Assembly (NCBI GenBank): GCA_965205265.1
Contig: CBDBGH010000003.1
Coordinates: 3,904,001-3,968,000, forward strand
Length of the DNA stretch: 64,000 bases
Origin: Alphaproteobacteria bacterium
GTDB taxonomy: Bacteria; Pseudomonadota; Alphaproteobacteria; Bin95
Direction of reading: 5' to 3'
The position numbers and the translations under genes were made by a program. The notes beneath the pieces are model-generated. The model ran no database searches and had not been told where the DNA came from. It saw nothing but the letters and a program-made list of their open reading frames with translations. Positions 60,839 to 64,000 of this stretch are shown here, piece by piece. Positions within the stretch are counted from its first letter, which is position 1; each line of letters begins with the position of its first letter.

Positions 60839-63800
60839 ATGGCGGGCAGGACGAGCAGACGCAGACGGGACATCAACACCTGGCCGGGCTTCGTGGACGC
60901 GCTGGCGAGCCTGCTGATGGTCGTCGTCTTCCTGGTCATGGTCTTCGTTCTGGCGCAGTTCTTCCTGAACGAGGCGCTCTCCGGGCGCGACGAGGCGCTG
61001 TCACGGCTGAACCGCGAGCTTGCCGAGCTCGCCGAGATGCTGGCGCTCGAGCAGACGACCAGCGCCGGCCTGCGCAACGACCTCGAGGCGCTGACGGCGG
61101 AGCTGCGCATCGTCACCGAGGCGCGCGACGACTATGCGGGCCGGCTGGAGACGATGACGGCCGAAGCCGAGCAGGCCGCCGGCACCGTCCTGCTGCTGCG
61201 CGAAGACTTCGCGCGGCTGACGGACAGCGCGGCCGCCGACCGGGACAGGCTGCAGGTCCAGGAAAGCGAAATCGAGCGCCTGGAGCGCAACCTGATTGCG
61301 CTCCAGCGCAGCCGGGATGCGCTGGAGGCGGCGCTTTCCGACTCGCGCCAGCAGAAGAGCGACGCCGACAAGGCGCTCGAAGAAGCACGCCGCCTGCTCG
61401 CCGCCAATCTCGAACGGCTCGCCGCGCGCGAGCGGGAGGCCGACGCCCTCAGCGCCCGGATCGAGGCGGTGCAGCAGGAATCCGCCAGCCGCGCCGAGGA
61501 GGTCGCGCGCCTCGACGCCGCGCTGCTGGCGAGCCGGGAGGAGACCGCCGCGCAGGCGGAGAAGCTGGCGGAGCTCAACCGGATGATGCGCGGCCTCCTG
61601 GCGGCGCGCGCGGCGCTGGAGGAAGACCTGGCCGCGCTCAGGACCGAGGGCGATGCGCAGGCTGCCGAGGCGGAACGGCTCAGGGCCGCGCTGGGCGAGG
61701 CCCGCCGCGCGCTCGCCCAGGCGAATGACGAGGCGGCGCGGCTGAAAACGGCGCTGGCGGAGAAGACGGAGACGGCGGCCGCCGACATCGCCGCGCTGGA
61801 GAAGGCGCTGGCGGCGGCGGAAATCGAAATCGGCCGCCTCACTGGCCGGCTGGCGGACTCCGAAGCGGGAGAGGCCGCAGGCCGGGAGGAAATCGCCCGG
61901 CTTGAGGCGGCGCGCGCCGAAGAGGCCGATGCGGCGAAATCCGACATCGCCGGGCTGGAGCGCGCGCTGGCGGCGGCGGAAGCGGAAATCGACCGCCTCG
62001 CTAGACAGCTGAAGGAGACCGAGGCGGGCCGGCTTGCCGAGGCGGATGCCGCGCGCGCGGAGATGGCGGCGGCCGAGGACAAAATCGCGCGCCTTTCCCG
62101 GCAATTGGCGGAAACCGAAGCCGACCGGAACGCCGGGCGGGAAGAGATTGCGCAACTGGAAACGGCGCGCGCCGGAGAGGCCCGGGCGGCGCAGGCGCGG
62201 ATCGCGGCTCTGGAACGGGCGCTGGCCGGCGCGCAGGACGAGATCGGGCGGCTGGCGGCGCGCCTTGCCGATATCGAGGGCCGGCGGCTCGCGGCACGGG
62301 ACGAAATCGCCCGGCTGGAGACCGCGCGGGCCGGAGAGGCGGAGGCGGCGCGCGCCCGGATTGCGAGCCTGGAACAGGCGCTGGCCGGAGCGCTGGCGAA
62401 AATCGACCGCCTTGGCGCGGCGCTCGCCGAAACCGAGGGCCGGCGGCTCGCGGCGCGGGACGAAATCGGCAGGCTGGAAGCCGCCCGGACCGCGGAGGCG
62501 GAGACCGCGCGCTCGGACATCGCGGCGCTGGAACGGACGCTGGAGGAGGAACGGAAGAACGCGGCCTCCCTTTCGGCCCGCCTCGCCGATACGGAAAGCC
62601 GGCGGGCCGCCGCCGTGGACGAAATCGCCAGGCTCAGGCAGGCGCTCGATGAGACTTCGGAAACGGCGGCATCGTTGCGACAGTCGCTGGCCGAAGCGAG
62701 GTCGGAAGCGGCGTCCCTCTCCGCGCAGCTCGGCGACACGGAGACCCGGCGCGCCGCAGGCGAGGACGAAATCGCCAGGCTCAGGCAGGCGCTGGAGGTG
62801 GAAACCGGGACGGCAGCCTCGCTGGAGCGGTCGCTCGCCGAAGCGAGGACGGAGGCCTCCTCTCTCTCCGCCCGGCTCGGCGACACGGAAACCCGCAGAG
62901 TTGCGGCGGAAGAAGAGATCGTCCGGCTCAGGCAGGCGCTTGAAGAGAAGTCGGAAGCGGCGGCGGTGCTGGAACGGGCGCTTGCGGCGGCCGAGGCAAG
63001 GGCGGAGGGCCTTGCCGGGCGCCTTGCCGAAGCGGAGGCCGGGCTGGCCGCCGGCGAACGGGAGATCGCAGGCCTGAAGCGGACGCGCGCCGAGGAGGCG
63101 GAAACCGCCCGCAGCAGTATCGCCGATCTGGAAGGCGCACTGGCGGCCGCGAAGGAGGAGATCGACTCCCTAGCAAGCCGGCTTGTCGATATGGAGATCG
63201 CCCGCCTTGCCCGGCAGCAGCGGATCGAGGCGCTGGCCGAAGCGCTTGCCGAGGCCGAGGCGAAGGCCGTCGCGCTTGCCGAAAGCCTGGAGAAAGCCGA
63301 GGCGGACCGGGCGGCCGGGCGGGAAGAAATCAGGCGGCTGGAGTCGGATACCGCCCGGTTCGAGGAAACGGCGAACCGGCAGCTTGCAGCGCTGCAGAAG
63401 GCGCTCGCGGAAGCGAGGGCGGAGGCCGCCGCCCGCGCCCGGCTGCTTGAAAGCGCCGAAGCCGAACGCGATGCGCAGGCGGCCGAAGCCGTGAGGCTCC
63501 GGGAAGCGCTGGCGGCGGCGGAAGGGAATGCGGCGTCGCTTGCGGAGCGGCTGGCGGCCGCGGAACGCGAGCGGGACGCGCAGCGCAATGAAGCCGCCCG
63601 GCTGGAGGCGGCGCTTGCCGAAGCGACCGCGAAACGGGAGGCGGACCAACGTGTCGGGGAAGGCAGGCTGGAGGACGCGCTCGCCAACGCCGCGCGGCTC
63701 CGCCAGCAGCTCGACCTCGTGCGCAAGCGCCTCGCCGAAGCGCGCGAGGAACTGCAATTGCGGCGCGGCGTTGCGCAGGGCGGCGAGTTTGGCGCGCCCC

Positions 63801-64000
63801 AGTCCGTATCGGCAGCCCTGTACGAAGTGGCGCAAACCCGCCTGGCGCAGCTCTCGGCTGAAAACACGCGTCTTCGGGACCAGCTGGCCGATCTCGACGC
63901 CATCGGGCGGGACAGCGAGGACCACATTGCCGCGCTGCGCCGGCAGATCGACGAGCAGATCGGGGAAATCGAGCGGCTGGAGGCGCTGCGCCGGGCGCTC
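60839..64000 (+). CDS. Very long coiled-coil membrane protein with MotB/OmpA-family-type N-terminus (runs off window)
   Basis: Starts MAGRTSRRRRDINTWPGFVDALASLLMVVVFLVMVFVLAQFFL; frame appears open for 1054 codons to the window end, so it is missing from the ORF track. Confidence 0.85.
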   Translation, partial: MAGRTSRRRRDINTWPGFVDALASLLMVVVFLVMVFVLAQFFLNEALSGRDEALSRLNRELAELAEMLALEQTTSAGLRNDLEALTAELRIVTEARDDYAGRLETMTAEAEQAAGTVLLLREDFARLTDSAAADRDRLQVQESEIERLERNLIALQRSRDALEAALSDSRQQKSDADKALEEARRLLAANLERLAAREREADALSARIEAVQQESASRAEEVARLDAALLASREETAAQAEKLAELNRMMRGLLAARAALEEDLAALRTEGDAQAAEAERLRAALGEARRALAQANDEAARLKTALAEKTETAAADIAALEKALAAAEIEIGRLTGRLADSEAGEAAGREEIARLEAARAEEADAAKSDIAGLERALAAAEAEIDRLARQLKETEAGRLAEADAARAEMAAAEDKIARLSRQLAETEADRNAGREEIAQLETARAGEARAAQARIAALERALAGAQDEIGRLAARLADIEGRRLAARDEIARLETARAGEAEAARARIASLEQALAGALAKIDRLGAALAETEGRRLAARDEIGRLEAARTAEAETARSDIAALERTLEEERKNAASLSARLADTESRRAAAVDEIARLRQALDETSETAASLRQSLAEARSEAASLSAQLGDTETRRAAGEDEIARLRQALEVETGTAASLERSLAEARTEASSLSARLGDTETRRVAAEEEIVRLRQALEEKSEAAAVLERALAAAEARAEGLAGRLAEAEAGLAAGEREIAGLKRTRAEEAETARSSIADLEGALAAAKEEIDSLASRLVDMEIARLARQQRIEALAEALAEAEAKAVALAESLEKAEADRAAGREEIRRLESDTARFEETANRQLAALQKALAEARAEAAARARLLESAEAERDAQAAEAVRLREALAAAEGNAASLAERLAAAERERDAQRNEAARLEAALAEATAKREADQRVGEGRLEDALANAARLRQQLDLVRKRLAEAREELQLRRGVAQGGEFGAPQSVSAALYEVAQTRLAQLSAENTRLRDQLADLDAIGRDSEDHIAALRRQIDEQIGEIERLEALRRAL

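Overview
High-GC alphaproteobacterial chromosomal segment, probably Rhodospirillales-like. That placement is inferred from mipZ, irr, a SAM-II riboswitch and Fur-alpha-type boxes. It is mostly housekeeping and catabolic genes: hydantoinase/oxoprolinase, a betaine-type ABC transporter, metZ, an aminotransferase, D-carbamoylase, acyl-CoA ligases, bfr/bfd, irr-katG, TauD and PhyH dioxygenases, pdxH, amtB, gtdA, mipZ, dapB and tRNA-Gly(CCC). Accessory DNA is embedded among them: (1) a 4.25-kb IS1595-family element with clean ends and an 8-bp target duplication that splits a tauD-like gene and carries a type II restriction-modification pair plus a HicB/HicA-like pair; (2) an IS1634 element flanked by a 112-bp direct repeat; (3) REP-like palindromes that act as landing sites for a MITE with IS4-like ends; (4) two dispersed orphan cassettes that share a promoter, a roughly 250-bp leader and 10-bp-phased CATGAC repeats, and encode proteins whose N-termini resemble phage small terminases. 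This last is the best candidate for an undescribed system. Also noted: a kynureninase homolog lacking its PLP lysine, an orphan protein with a RelE-like C-terminus, and a greatly expanded coiled-coil membrane protein. All product calls come from motif recognition by eye; no database searches were run. Start codons were refined manually and are approximate.
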